Assembly: GCA_963664815.2 (NCBI GenBank)
Contig: CAXXHB010000002.1
Location: 96,001 to 160,000, forward strand
Reading direction: 5' to 3'
DNA length: 64,000 bases
Source of the DNA: Spirochaetota bacterium
Lineage (GTDB): Bacteria; Spirochaetota; UBA4802; UBA5550
Both the position numbers and the translations under genes were made by a program. The notes beneath the pieces are model-generated. The model worked only from the letters and a program-made list of their open reading frames with translations. It had not been told where the DNA came from and ran no database searches. Positions 37,782 through 48,365 of this stretch are shown here, in pieces (position 1 is the stretch's first letter; every line of letters starts with the position of its first letter).

Positions 37782-40733
37782 TTATTTCGCCTCCGAAACT
37801 TTTCTTAAGTATTCCTGTATTGGAATCCGGTCGAATACGACCTCGTCATTATCCACTTTTATAAAAAAACTGAGAGCCTTCCCCGTAAATTTTACTGTTG
37901 TGTAAACAAGTCCTTTATCAAGTCTGAAGTCAAAACTTTTTATCAGCAGGGAGTTATCAACAGCAAACTGTACAGGTTTCCCCAGCTTCGATTTGCCCTT
38001 CTCCTGGCTCAGTCCCTTCATAAGCCTGTTCGCAAACTCCTCACCGATTTTGTATATGTTAATACTGCCTGAAGGAGTCAACTCTTTGTTTATATCAAGT
38101 CCCTTTCCTGAAAAATTCGCATTCAGAGAGAGCTCCGCTTCCTTCGAAATATTTACTGTCTTCGTATCATCCAGCCGTCCTATATTAACATTTGAGACAT
38201 CAAGTTTAACACTGAATTCCATATTGTCCTTTTTTAAATCTGCAATATTGAACAATATCGTCCTGCCATATATCGAGCCATCCATAATGCTCGCTTTAAG
38301 ATCAGATATTCTGAAAACATTGTCCCTGAAGGCCATATACGCCGAAAAATTCTTCATATATTCATAAGACGTATTCCTCACCGGATGCCTGGATTTTACC
38401 GAGGCTATTGTAAAATTCGGTTTATCCGAAAACTGTTCGTTGTCTATAACCTGGTTCTGGTTAACACTGATGTATGATCTGGTTACCTTTTTCTCCCTGA
38501 ACTCATACTCAAAAGGGAAGTTCATGTTGAAACCGGAAACTGCCAGCATTGCTTCATCGTTTTTCAGATTAAAGTCTTTAAACTCCAGGTTCCCATGCGC
38601 TTTCCCTGTAGCGAGGTCCCCTTTCATATATGCGGAGAGTTTAAGCACACCGGAAGTATTCCATGGTCCCCACACGCTTTTCATTTTAGGATTGTTAAGT
38701 TCAAAGGTAATTTTCAGGTTAGAATCCGAAAGCGGGGCTTTTTTTAGCTCTACAGTACCGCCGGCATTCAGCGCAAGATTCATGTTTCTGCTGCCAAGAT
38801 AGATAGTATCAAGCGTAACCCTCTTAGCCTTATTGTCCTGCACAACTGCCGCCTTGAGCTTAAGATCATTCACACCATAGTCGGGAATCTTTGCAAGCAT
38901 TTCAAGCCCGGCTTTAAGTGTATCGCCACCCATGAAAAAATTAAGTCCCAGGTTTATATCAACCGGTTTTTTAAGAGGTATACCGGCAACCTGTTTCCTG
39001 AAACGTCCGGGAACCATTGCTGATAGTGGCACTGTATTAATCCTGAACCTGGTTATATTAATACTCCCATCCATCGCCTTTCCCATATTGATATCGCCGG
39101 TAAGGTTCATAGAGAGAACATTGCCCCCGCCGGGATTGAAGAAATCAAAACTGACTCCATTTATTTTCACTCTCTTGAAATTATTTATTCCAGTTGCCGA
39201 TGCGGTCAGCCTTAAACCGTTATCACCGGACTTGCTGCCATCAATTACATATGCAAGGTGAGGTAGATTAATCCCTGCACCGATATTCATTGTGCTCCCG
39301 GACATCAGGGCCGAGTAGTTAAAATCGAGTAAGGGGATTGAAGCCTCGGTTCCGGGAATTTTAAAGTAGATTTTTTTCAGGGTAATTTTACCTTTAATAT
39401 CAGGATTCTTCGCATTTCCTTTAACAGTAAGGGGGAAGAGTGAAATCTCCCCGCTGAATTTTGTCTTCCTGTCCCCTGTCATCAGGACATAATATGGATA
39501 AAGGTCTTTCAGCGGAATAAGGCTCTCATCCATTTTGATGTTCAACCCCTGGTTTTTTGTAACACTGCTTACGGTTCCGGAAAGTTTCAGCCAGTTGGTG
39601 TTCATAAAGCTGAAGCTGAAGTTATTGATTTTGAGAATGTCATTTATCGGGTTATAGAAAATATCATATGCTACTAAAAAATTAAACGGTGAGAAAAACT
39701 TATTCTTCAGCCGCAGAGGCATTCTCTTTGCTCCTATATTCATTGAACTGTTAAACTCCGGAATCTGTCCATTGCTGAAAATGAGCTTCCAGTTCAGAAC
39801 CAGTTCCGGGACAGTTGATGCGGCTTTTGAGTAGAACTTCACATTCATGCCGTTGCGGGGATTAAGTTCAAACTTCATGGTTTTCAGAATGCGCACAGCC
39901 TCTATCGACTTTGGGATGACTTTAAATGGCGGAACATCGATATTCGCGTTAAATGACAGTCCGGTAAGCTCCGTGGAGAAATCCTCGCCATTTACATATA
40001 CACAAAGATCATCGAGGATAAATTTGAAAAGAAAATCTACTGCTACTGGAAGTTTTATCTCTCTGGATGGCGGTTCATCGCTTTCTTCCTTTTTTTTCTT
40101 CTCCGGTTCTTTTTCAGGCTTCTTCTCTGATGGTTTCATAAGAACTGCCGCGTTCCATACACCCTTTTTCTGCGTCAGATAAACTCTCGGTTTGTAGATG
40201 CCTATTTCCGGAAACCTTATACTACCTGTAAATATCCGGAAGAATCCATAATCAAATACCAGCTTTTCCATCTCAAAAAGTTTTGCCCTGCCGAAATCCT
40301 CACCGCTGCGGATTACGATATTCTTTATAACAAATCCCCTGTAAGGATTAAAGCTTTCTACCTTCATGTCGAGAGTGCCATATGATGCTCCTGCAAAACC
40401 ATTTTTTGCCAGAGCCTCAATAGTCTGAGGTTTCAGATATATCTGCAGAAAAAACAAAACCGCAGCAACAAGTACGATGATAAGCAGAGGGATGCGGACA
40501 AAAAGCGTTTTGGCAGACTGAATGAATATTCTCACTCCCAAAGGTCTTGATTTCTTTGCCGTCTTTTTCTCTTTTGTCTCCTCTTTGCCGGTGAGCTTCT
40601 TTTTCTCAGGCAATGCCTTTTTTTGAGATGAACTCTGAACATCTTCATCCGGCATTACTTCTTTCAATTTTTCTTTAATGCTGCTCTTTGATTTTTTACC
40701 AAAAAGGTTTTTAAGCCGGTTTAACTTTAACAT
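37782..40733 (-). CDS. AsmA/YdbH-like bridge protein (Leptospira LIC_11026-like)
   Basis: Basic cytoplasmic N-terminus and one TM helix. AsmA-type start (GFVIKNIVI...FPEIGIYKPRVYL..KKGVWN). About 850 aa of beta-strand-rich sequence. Abuts the YdbL gene. Confidence 0.7.
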   Translation of the reverse strand: MLKLNRLKNLFGKKSKSSIKEKLKEVMPDEDVQSSSQKKALPEKKKLTGKEETKEKKTAKKSRPLGVRIFIQSAKTLFVRIPLLIIVLVAAVLFFLQIYLKPQTIEALAKNGFAGASYGTLDMKVESFNPYRGFVIKNIVIRSGEDFGRAKLFEMEKLVFDYGFFRIFTGSIRFPEIGIYKPRVYLTQKKGVWNAAVLMKPSEKKPEKEPEKKKKEESDEPPSREIKLPVAVDFLFKFILDDLCVYVNGEDFSTELTGLSFNANIDVPPFKVIPKSIEAVRILKTMKFELNPRNGMNVKFYSKAASTVPELVLNWKLIFSNGQIPEFNSSMNIGAKRMPLRLKNKFFSPFNFLVAYDIFYNPINDILKINNFSFSFMNTNWLKLSGTVSSVTKNQGLNIKMDESLIPLKDLYPYYVLMTGDRKTKFSGEISLFPLTVKGNAKNPDIKGKITLKKIYFKIPGTEASIPLLDFNYSALMSGSTMNIGAGINLPHLAYVIDGSKSGDNGLRLTASATGINNFKRVKINGVSFDFFNPGGGNVLSMNLTGDINMGKAMDGSINITRFRINTVPLSAMVPGRFRKQVAGIPLKKPVDINLGLNFFMGGDTLKAGLEMLAKIPDYGVNDLKLKAAVVQDNKAKRVTLDTIYLGSRNMNLALNAGGTVELKKAPLSDSNLKITFELNNPKMKSVWGPWNTSGVLKLSAYMKGDLATGKAHGNLEFKDFNLKNDEAMLAVSGFNMNFPFEYEFREKKVTRSYISVNQNQVIDNEQFSDKPNFTIASVKSRHPVRNTSYEYMKNFSAYMAFRDNVFRISDLKASIMDGSIYGRTILFNIADLKKDNMEFSVKLDVSNVNIGRLDDTKTVNISKEAELSLNANFSGKGLDINKELTPSGSINIYKIGEEFANRLMKGLSQEKGKSKLGKPVQFAVDNSLLIKSFDFRLDKGLVYTTVKFTGKALSFFIKVDNDEVVFDRIPIQEYLRKVSEAK

Positions 40734-41183
40734 TTCGAACTACCTGTCACATTTTAATTATATGCGCTATCTCTACAATAAGACAAAATATATATACAGA
40801 ATATTATAAAATGAATCAACAAGAATGCCTGCTATTAAAAAGTAAAGGGAAAACAATGCTTTTAATTCACATATACAATAATTAGATAGTTATATTTTAA
40901 AATTCAAGTAAAAGTTATAAAAATATTATCCTTTAATACAGTAAATAAGACATATAATCCGGCATTTATTTAATATCAAAATACTGACTGTTCCTAGAAA
41001 AACAGTTTTCCAATTTTAACTACAGGCTGCTTCTCCAGCAGCAGATTACAATCATTATATTCAAAATATTGCAGCTCCTGTTTATAACAGAACTGCCGGA
41101 TTTTGCAGAAAATAAGGCATATAAACCGATTATAATCGGGAAAGATAATTGACAATTATATCTGCATGGAAAGACTGATACCA

Positions 41184-41318
<135 letters not shown>

Positions 41319-41431
41319 CGGGGCAGTTCTATGCATATGGAATTCTGTATTCCGGTATGCGTTTATTTATTTCTTCCACCACTCATACCTCAACCCTGGT
41401 GAAAATAATAATTTTTATCAAGGAGTCGGGA

Positions 41432-42094
41432 ATGAACAATTACCAGAACAACCATCAGAATCTTTTATCTCAATACGGAAATAAGACTGAAAGAGTCGAA
41501 TCAGCGCTTTTATCTCTCCGCAACGGAAAAGGTATTCTTCTTGTCGATGATGAAAACCGCGAAAACGAAGGGGATCTCATTTTTCCTGCAGAAACTGTAA
41601 ATGTACAGCAGATGGCGCTGCTTATAAGGGAATGCAGCGGTATTGTCTGTCTCTGTTTAACAGAAGAAAAGACCATTCAGCTTAATCTGCCGATGATGGT
41701 AACAAACAACAGCAGCCGGTACCAGACTGCATTCACTGTTTCCATTGAAGCGAAAGAGGGAGTTACAACAGGAGTATCTGCCGCTGACCGGGTAAAAACC
41801 ATTCAGACCGCTGTAAACGATCTGTGCAGACCGGAGGATCTCAACAGGCCGGGTCATGTCTTCCCTCTGAGAGCAAGAAACGGCGGAGTCTTTGAGCGGA
41901 GGGGACATACAGAGGGAACAGTTGATTTAATGAAACTCGCCGGATACAGGCCCTCGGGTGTATTATGTGAACTGACAAATCCGGACGGCACAATGGCAAA
42001 GCTTCCTGGTATAATAAACTTCGGCAAGGATCACGGGATACCGGTTGTCACTATTGAAGATATTGCTGAATACCGTTTAATGAATAAATGCTGA
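41432..42094 (+). CDS. ribB: 3,4-dihydroxy-2-butanone-4-phosphate synthase
   Basis: [58 protein letters not shown] before ATG 41432. Confidence 0.96.
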   Translation: MNNYQNNHQNLLSQYGNKTERVESALLSLRNGKGILLVDDENRENEGDLIFPAETVNVQQMALLIRECSGIVCLCLTEEKTIQLNLPMMVTNNSSRYQTAFTVSIEAKEGVTTGVSAADRVKTIQTAVNDLCRPEDLNRPGHVFPLRARNGGVFERRGHTEGTVDLMKLAGYRPSGVLCELTNPDGTMAKLPGIINFGKDHGIPVVTIEDIAEYRLMNKC

Positions 42095-42314
42095 CAATCC
42101 GGTAACTGCAGTTTTTTTCAGTTGAATCAGCATATATTATAATTGATGTTTTCGCGGACATTCATAACGGTTGCGCATCCTCTCAAAGACAAAGCCTTTG
42201 AGAGGATATTTTTATTTTTTAATTCTAACAGCAATTTTACTTTCTTTTAATTCAGATAACAAATCTTTAAAATATGTATTGTCTTTTCTAAGATATTTTT
42301 TATACATTGAATTT

Positions 42315-43511
42315 ATGAAAAGCTTTTTAAAATATTTACCATTAATAGCTATACTCTCTCTGGTTTCATGCTTTGGCAGTGGAAACGACAGCGATGATAA
42401 TTCTTCTTATCAATACCATACACCTGAAGAAGTTAATTTATTTCTTGAACAGACAGAAACAAACTACCCTGGAATCGCTCATGTTGAAGATGTTGGCACA
42501 AGCGCAGCGGGACGTAAAATCAAAGCGCTTATTATCTCGGATAATCCGGAAACCCTTGAGGGGGAACCTGCCGTAAGGCTTACAGGGGGAATACATGGAG
42601 ACGAAATGATGGGAGTGGAACTGCTTCTGCGGTTTATTGAATACCTCACTTCAAATTATAATTCCAGCTCAACTGTAAAAAGTATAGTTGACAGCAGGTA
42701 CATCTGCATAATCCCGGTACTCAATCCGGATGGTCTTGCACGGAAAAACCGGACAAACTATAACGGTATTGATCTTAACAGAAACTTTAATGAAACCGGA
42801 AGTTCTCTTCAGCCGGAAACAAAAGCTCTTCAGGACTTTTCTTCATCAAAATCTTTCTGTATATCAATTACATATCATACAGGCGCCGTCCTTTTAAATA
42901 TGCCATTTGACTATGGCAGCGAAAAAATAGATGGTATTGCTCCTGTTGAAAATACTCTTGTTAAGGCCTATGCTCTTACATATACAAACGGTACCGGAAG
43001 CGTTTTTTTAACAAACCCTGATGTATTTATCCGCATCTACAACTCAATTTATGGAGATTATATTTATCTTGATAAAGGGACTATAAACGGCGGAGACTGG
43101 TACGTTATAACCGGTTCTCTTCAGGACTGGAGCTATACGGAGACCGGCTGTCTTGACTTTACAATTGAAGTCACAAAAAGCAATCCGTCTACTGAAGTGG
43201 GAGTTCAACAGGTGTTCATGTATAACAGGGATTCACTTATGGCATATATAAGCAAGTCCGGTGATGGAATTTACGGGAGGGTGACAGACGGGACAAACGG
43301 CATTGCAAATGTCGAGATTACTGCTTCATGGAGTAACGGCGGAACAATAACCGGAGATATTATAATAAAAACTGACAGCAAAGGTTATTACCACCGGATA
43401 TTTCTTCCCGGCACATATGATCTGACATTTACCAAAACCGGATATACTTCACAAACTCAAACAGGTATTTCTGTTACAGACAGCACTCTTCTGAATGTAA
43501 CAATGAACTGA
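42315..43511 (+). CDS. M14 zinc carboxypeptidase lipoprotein with C-terminal regulatory beta-sandwich
   Basis: Lipobox LVSC. GGIHGDE, NPDG, IDLNRNF, ITYHTG, WYVITGSLQDWSY, TIEV. C-terminal GIYGRVTD...TDSKGYYHRIFLPGTY. Confidence 0.88.
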   Translation: MKSFLKYLPLIAILSLVSCFGSGNDSDDNSSYQYHTPEEVNLFLEQTETNYPGIAHVEDVGTSAAGRKIKALIISDNPETLEGEPAVRLTGGIHGDEMMGVELLLRFIEYLTSNYNSSSTVKSIVDSRYICIIPVLNPDGLARKNRTNYNGIDLNRNFNETGSSLQPETKALQDFSSSKSFCISITYHTGAVLLNMPFDYGSEKIDGIAPVENTLVKAYALTYTNGTGSVFLTNPDVFIRIYNSIYGDYIYLDKGTINGGDWYVITGSLQDWSYTETGCLDFTIEVTKSNPSTEVGVQQVFMYNRDSLMAYISKSGDGIYGRVTDGTNGIANVEITASWSNGGTITGDIIIKTDSKGYYHRIFLPGTYDLTFTKTGYTSQTQTGISVTDSTLLNVTMN

Positions 43512-43548
43512 TTACAGAAGATTAAAATTTATCTCTTAAAATTTATTT

Positions 43549-44901
43549 CTAAATAAGATTTCTTCTTACAGCCTCAGAGCTAAGTTCATTACGGAAATCC
43601 GGATGTGCTACTGCTATAAGGTTCTTTACCCTCTGTCTCACTGACTGGCCCTTGATTTTCGCCACACCGTATTCTGTTATAACATAATCTGCACATGACC
43701 TCGGTGTTGTTACAATTCCTCCAGGAGTGATGTTTGGAACAATTTTGGATATTGCCTCTCCATTAGCCGATCTTGGCCTTGCAACTGCCTCCATTGCAAT
43801 GATTGATACCCCGCCAAAAGACTGAAATGCCCCATCGACAAAATCAAGCTGCCCTCCGGGATGAGTATACTGCTGCCACCCCATGGATTCAGAACATATC
43901 TGCCCGGTAAGATCAACCTGAAGGCATGCGTTTATTGAAACCAGACGATCATTTTTCCCGATGTTTGCAGGATTATTTACAAAATCAACAGGATGAAATT
44001 CCACCCCGGGATTATCATCAATCCAGTCGTAAAGCGCCCGTGTGCCCATTGCAAATGTAAATATTGAACGGTTATGCATAAAGGTTTTCCGTCTGTTTGT
44101 AACAATCCCGGCCTCCCAGAGTTCGCGCATTGTATCACATGCCATCTCGGAGTGAATGCCGAGATCCTTTACGTGAGTATCAAGAAAGGCCTTTGCAACG
44201 GCATTGGGAATACTTCCGATTCCAAGCTGAATAGTCGAACCATCCTTGACAAAATCTGCACAATATCTTCCTATCGTCATCTCTTCATTACTTATTTCTG
44301 CAGTTTCAGGTAATACTGCAAGGTCCTGCTCCTGTTCCACAACCGCATCAATCTCGGAGATGTGGATATAATTCCTGCCGCGACTGCGTGGAACCTGAGA
44401 ATTTACCTGTGCCAGTACCAGATATCGTTCATCACCCTCCCTTCGTTTATGTGCCGCGTTGAGTGCAATAGGGAGTGTCGCGTCAGCTCCAAGCCCAAGG
44501 CAGCAGTATCCGTGTTTATCCATGGGAGTAACCATCAGCATTGCAACATGCATCGGACGGTAGTTTTCATCAGTGTATATTTTCGGAAGCTCACAGAACC
44601 GGTTTGGTGTCATGGTAAAATCTCCGTTTACAACCTTGGCTCTGCATGAACTCGGATACCCGCAATCTATTTTAATGTTTGATTCACGATTCTGATTGTA
44701 CCATTTCAGTTTAGGATGTATATCAACTATATGATTGATAGTGATATCTTTAACATCCGGTTCCCTTTCAACCAGCGCGTTAACAAGAGACATCGGTACC
44801 GGTACTGCAATTCCGCACCATACTTCAGTTCCGTTCTTTATTTTTCTTACAGCCTCTCCGGCAGTCATCAATTTATTTTTATACATTTCCTTTATATTCA
44901 T
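43549..44901 (-). CDS. Acetyl-CoA hydrolase/transferase family protein (4-hydroxybutyrate CoA-transferase-like)
   Basis: TPMDKHGYCCLG, DGSTIQLGIGSIPNAV, LGIHSEM, SINACLQVDLTGQ, GGQLDF, VTTPR, ITEYGVA, AHPDFR. Confidence 0.92.
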   Translation of the reverse strand: MNIKEMYKNKLMTAGEAVRKIKNGTEVWCGIAVPVPMSLVNALVEREPDVKDITINHIVDIHPKLKWYNQNRESNIKIDCGYPSSCRAKVVNGDFTMTPNRFCELPKIYTDENYRPMHVAMLMVTPMDKHGYCCLGLGADATLPIALNAAHKRREGDERYLVLAQVNSQVPRSRGRNYIHISEIDAVVEQEQDLAVLPETAEISNEEMTIGRYCADFVKDGSTIQLGIGSIPNAVAKAFLDTHVKDLGIHSEMACDTMRELWEAGIVTNRRKTFMHNRSIFTFAMGTRALYDWIDDNPGVEFHPVDFVNNPANIGKNDRLVSINACLQVDLTGQICSESMGWQQYTHPGGQLDFVDGAFQSFGGVSIIAMEAVARPRSANGEAISKIVPNITPGGIVTTPRSCADYVITEYGVAKIKGQSVRQRVKNLIAVAHPDFRNELSSEAVRRNLI

Positions 44902-45143
44902 AACATTTCCCCCTGAATTTGATATCTATATAATATAATAACATACTGTTACAGGATTGCATTTAATATCTTTTAGGTATTATATTCCTGATATTTATAA
45001 AAAATAAATGTTTAATATTTTCCAGATCCCTGTCAACGATATATTTTCCCTGAAAAAATCATCTTTCCCGGTTATCATTAAAAAAAATCTTGATAATTAT
45101 TATCTGTTATTCCGGAATAAATTAATTAAAGAAATATATTAAT

Positions 45144-47108
45144 ATGAAAGATATTTTTTCGCCAGACGGCTACCTCGACATTGAACTCCCCGAATATGAA
45201 TACAGGGAAAGTCAGCTTGTAATGGCTGAATTCATTAATGACCGGTTATCTGAAGAGGAGAACGGGATAATAGAAGCGGGAACAGGAACAGGAAAGACCA
45301 TGGCTTATCTTATACCCGCGCTTAAATACGCACTGAGCCATGAAAAAAAAATAGCAGTCACCACCGAGACTAAGGCCCTTCAGAAACAGCTTACAGATAA
45401 AGACATTCCGGCAGTACAGAAAATATTCAGGGAATACCTGCATCTCGATTTTAAATATGCCCTTTGTCTTGGAAGCTCAAATTACCCGTGCCGCAGAAGG
45501 TTTGAACGTTTTCTGAAGAAAGGAAATTTTGAAAAAAGCGACATGGAACACTTTAACCGGTTAAGCAACCTCTTCAGGGAAAGACGGATATTTACCTTCT
45601 TTGATGCGGAGATGCCATCCAGCCTGTGGGAGGAGATCGGAAGGGATTCTGAAACCTGCGACCAGCAGCGATGCCCGATGGCAACAATATGCCCTTTCCA
45701 GGCGGCAAGGAGGGAGTGGGCGCAGGCCGACCTTCTTGTGATGAACCACTATCTTTTTTTCTCCAATATAGCCTCGGGAAAATCGTACCTTCCGGTTTCC
45801 GAAGCAGTAATTTTCGACGAAGCTCATTCCATTGAATCTATCGCATCCAGACAGCTTGGCTTCTCTATTGACCATGATTACCTGATAAATCTTCTTCAGC
45901 GGTTTTACATGAGAGGTAAATACGGTATTGTGAACAATTTTAAAAACACTAAGCTCCGGGAAGACGCAATACAGTCCGTAGAGCTCATTGCAAAGGAATC
46001 ACAGATTTTTTTTGAAAAAATGCGCAATCTTTTTCATGGGACTGAAACCGTACGCAGAATAATTACCACAACGAACGAAGGAAGAAAGCTCACAGAGCAA
46101 TTGAAACGACTTATCGGAATACTTGAAATGGCGGAGCAGGACTTTGAGGAGGAGGACTTACGAATTGAGTTTGACCCGTCACGCAACAGGCTTGTGGCAT
46201 ACTGCGATTCTCTTATGTCTTTTCTTAACCTCTCCTGCGAAAACTACGTCTACTGGATTGAACGGAGTGACAGGGAACTTCTCGGCAATATATCTCTTAC
46301 AGGCCGTCCGGTAAATATAGACGAAATTATGAGGCAGGAGGTTCTCTCCTATTACGAATCCTCTATCTTTGTCTCGGCCACACTTTCGGTTAAAAATGAT
46401 TTTTCCTTCTTCATGTCAACTATAGGATTTGAAAGAGGAAAAGGCGTTGTCCTTGATTCACCGTTCAATCACAGGGAACAGATGATTCTCTACCTTGCAG
46501 GAGATTTTCCTGCACCGGATGACGAAACATATCCCGCTGCAGTTGCCGATGCGTCTGCAGAGATCATTAATATTCTCAACGGCAACTGCCTCCTTCTGTT
46601 CACTTCATACAGTATGCTAAAAAACGTGAAAAAGATACTGGAGAGAAAAATTGATAATACCATTTACTCACAGGACGGAATGAGTCCATCTCGTGCCCTG
46701 AGCAATTATATCAGCGATGACGGGTCTGTTTTAATGGGGACTCACTCATTCTGGCAGGGGATAGATCTCCCTGGAGACCTGCTTCGCGGTGTTATAATTA
46801 CACGTCTCCCCTTTGCAGTTCCCGATACACCAATCATGGAAGCGAAGTTCGAGCGCCTCAGAGAAGCGGGAAAAAATCCTTTTATCTATCTCCAGATACC
46901 TGAAGCCGTTCTGAAAATGAAACAGGGAGCGGGACGCCTTATAAGAAGAGGGACAGACCGGGGAATTGTGGCCATACTGGATTCAAGGATAAAAACAAAA
47001 AGTTACGGGGCAATATTCTCCGACTCTCTCCCTGATTGTGAAAGAGCCGTCACTCTTAATGATCTCACTAAAAAGTATAAAAACCTAATGAAGATTAATG
47101 AAAACTGA
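45144..47108 (+). CDS. DinG/YoaA-family Fe-S DNA helicase
   Basis: Q motif YEYRESQ, EAGTGTGKT, four Cys ligands, DEAH, SATL, LFTSY, SFWQGID, QGAGRLIR. Confidence 0.93.
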   Translation: MKDIFSPDGYLDIELPEYEYRESQLVMAEFINDRLSEEENGIIEAGTGTGKTMAYLIPALKYALSHEKKIAVTTETKALQKQLTDKDIPAVQKIFREYLHLDFKYALCLGSSNYPCRRRFERFLKKGNFEKSDMEHFNRLSNLFRERRIFTFFDAEMPSSLWEEIGRDSETCDQQRCPMATICPFQAARREWAQADLLVMNHYLFFSNIASGKSYLPVSEAVIFDEAHSIESIASRQLGFSIDHDYLINLLQRFYMRGKYGIVNNFKNTKLREDAIQSVELIAKESQIFFEKMRNLFHGTETVRRIITTTNEGRKLTEQLKRLIGILEMAEQDFEEEDLRIEFDPSRNRLVAYCDSLMSFLNLSCENYVYWIERSDRELLGNISLTGRPVNIDEIMRQEVLSYYESSIFVSATLSVKNDFSFFMSTIGFERGKGVVLDSPFNHREQMILYLAGDFPAPDDETYPAAVADASAEIINILNGNCLLLFTSYSMLKNVKKILERKIDNTIYSQDGMSPSRALSNYISDDGSVLMGTHSFWQGIDLPGDLLRGVIITRLPFAVPDTPIMEAKFERLREAGKNPFIYLQIPEAVLKMKQGAGRLIRRGTDRGIVAILDSRIKTKSYGAIFSDSLPDCERAVTLNDLTKKYKNLMKINEN

Positions 47109-47111
47109 AAA

Positions 47112-48365
47112 TTACAAAGCCCTGAATCCTATATCTTTCCTGTAAAAAGACCCCTTAAACTGAATTTTGTCTATTTCACTATAAATATTCTGCCTCGCTT
47201 CATTTAAAGTGCTCCCTGTCGAGGTGACATTAAGAACCCTTCCTCCGTTGGTCAGAATCTTTCCATCTGTTTTAGCAGTCCCTGCATGAAACACAGTCAG
47301 TTTATCAGATACATCGTTGACTCCCGTTATAACCATCCCTTTATTATAGCTTCCGGGATATCCGCCAGCAGCCATAACCACAGTCATCGCATGAGCTTCC
47401 TTGAATTTCAGATTAAATCTGTCAAGATTGCCATCCACAGCCGAGTTAAGCAGATCGCCAAGTCTCACGTCAAGAAGCGGAAGTATAACCTGTGTTTCCG
47501 GATCTCCAAAACGTGCATTAAATTCAAGAACGGTTATTTTGTTTCCACTTATCATAACTCCCGCATACAATATTCCCCTGAAGGGAAAACCCTCTTTTCT
47601 CATGCCATCCACTACAGGCTGAAGAACTCTGTCTTTTATAAACTTCAGCCTTTCAGGAGTTACAACCGGAGCCGGAGCGTATGCACCCATCCCTCCGGTA
47701 TTAGGTCCCATATCTCCGTCAAATACTCTTTTATGATCCTGAGCAGCGACAAGCGGTATAACAGTCACTCCATCCGAAACGGAAAGGACTGAGGCCTCCT
47801 CCCCCTCGAGAAATTCTTCAACAAAAACCCTTGTATCTGACTTAACGTTTTCTTCAATAAATGAAACAGCTTCATTTATGTTCTGCGGTATACCTACGCC
47901 CTTCCCGGCAGCAAGGCCGTCCAGTTTAATCACGATCGGATAGTCTTCCCGTTGATCAATAAATTCCAGAAGTGTTTTCTTCCCTGTGAAATCCCAGTGA
48001 CCCGCAGTCGGTACGTTGTATGTTTCCATAATTCTTTTTGCAAAGAGTTTACTCCCTTCAATCATTGCCGCCTTTTTTGACGGGCCGAAGCAGCGAATCC
48101 CTTTTTCATCAAGATAATCCGCAAGCCCGTTAACAAGCGGTACCTCCGGTCCTATAATAACAAGACCTATTCCTTTTTCATTGCAAAATCTTCCAATTCC
48201 CTCAAAATCATCTGCCTGAATATCAACCCTGTATTTATCGTCAATACCGCCGTTACCCGGTGCGGCATATACTTCATTCGAACTTCCGTCACTCAGCAGT
48301 CTCCACACAATAGCATGTTCTCTTCCGCCGGCTCCAATAACAAGATATTTCATTTTTTTCTCCAT
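47112..48365 (-). CDS. purD: Phosphoribosylamine--glycine ligase
   Basis: GAGGREHA, APGNGG, GPEVPL, EGSK.FAK, GLAAGKGV, QDHKRV.DGD.GPNTGGMG, EFNARFGDPE, FHAGT, TNGGRVL. Confidence 0.97.
   Translation of the reverse strand: MEKKMKYLVIGAGGREHAIVWRLLSDGSSNEVYAAPGNGGIDDKYRVDIQADDFEGIGRFCNEKGIGLVIIGPEVPLVNGLADYLDEKGIRCFGPSKKAAMIEGSKLFAKRIMETYNVPTAGHWDFTGKKTLLEFIDQREDYPIVIKLDGLAAGKGVGIPQNINEAVSFIEENVKSDTRVFVEEFLEGEEASVLSVSDGVTVIPLVAAQDHKRVFDGDMGPNTGGMGAYAPAPVVTPERLKFIKDRVLQPVVDGMRKEGFPFRGILYAGVMISGNKITVLEFNARFGDPETQVILPLLDVRLGDLLNSAVDGNLDRFNLKFKEAHAMTVVMAAGGYPGSYNKGMVITGVNDVSDKLTVFHAGTAKTDGKILTNGGRVLNVTSTGSTLNEARQNIYSEIDKIQFKGSFYRKDIGFRAL

Noticed and set aside
41357-41431. Longer N-terminus for ribB given in the ORF track
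   Set aside because: It lies in the riboswitch expression platform. The SD supports ATG 41432.
42171-42314. Upstream TTG extension of the carboxypeptidase
   Set aside because: The lipoprotein signal peptide begins at ATG 42315. The extension is AT-rich, promoter-like DNA.
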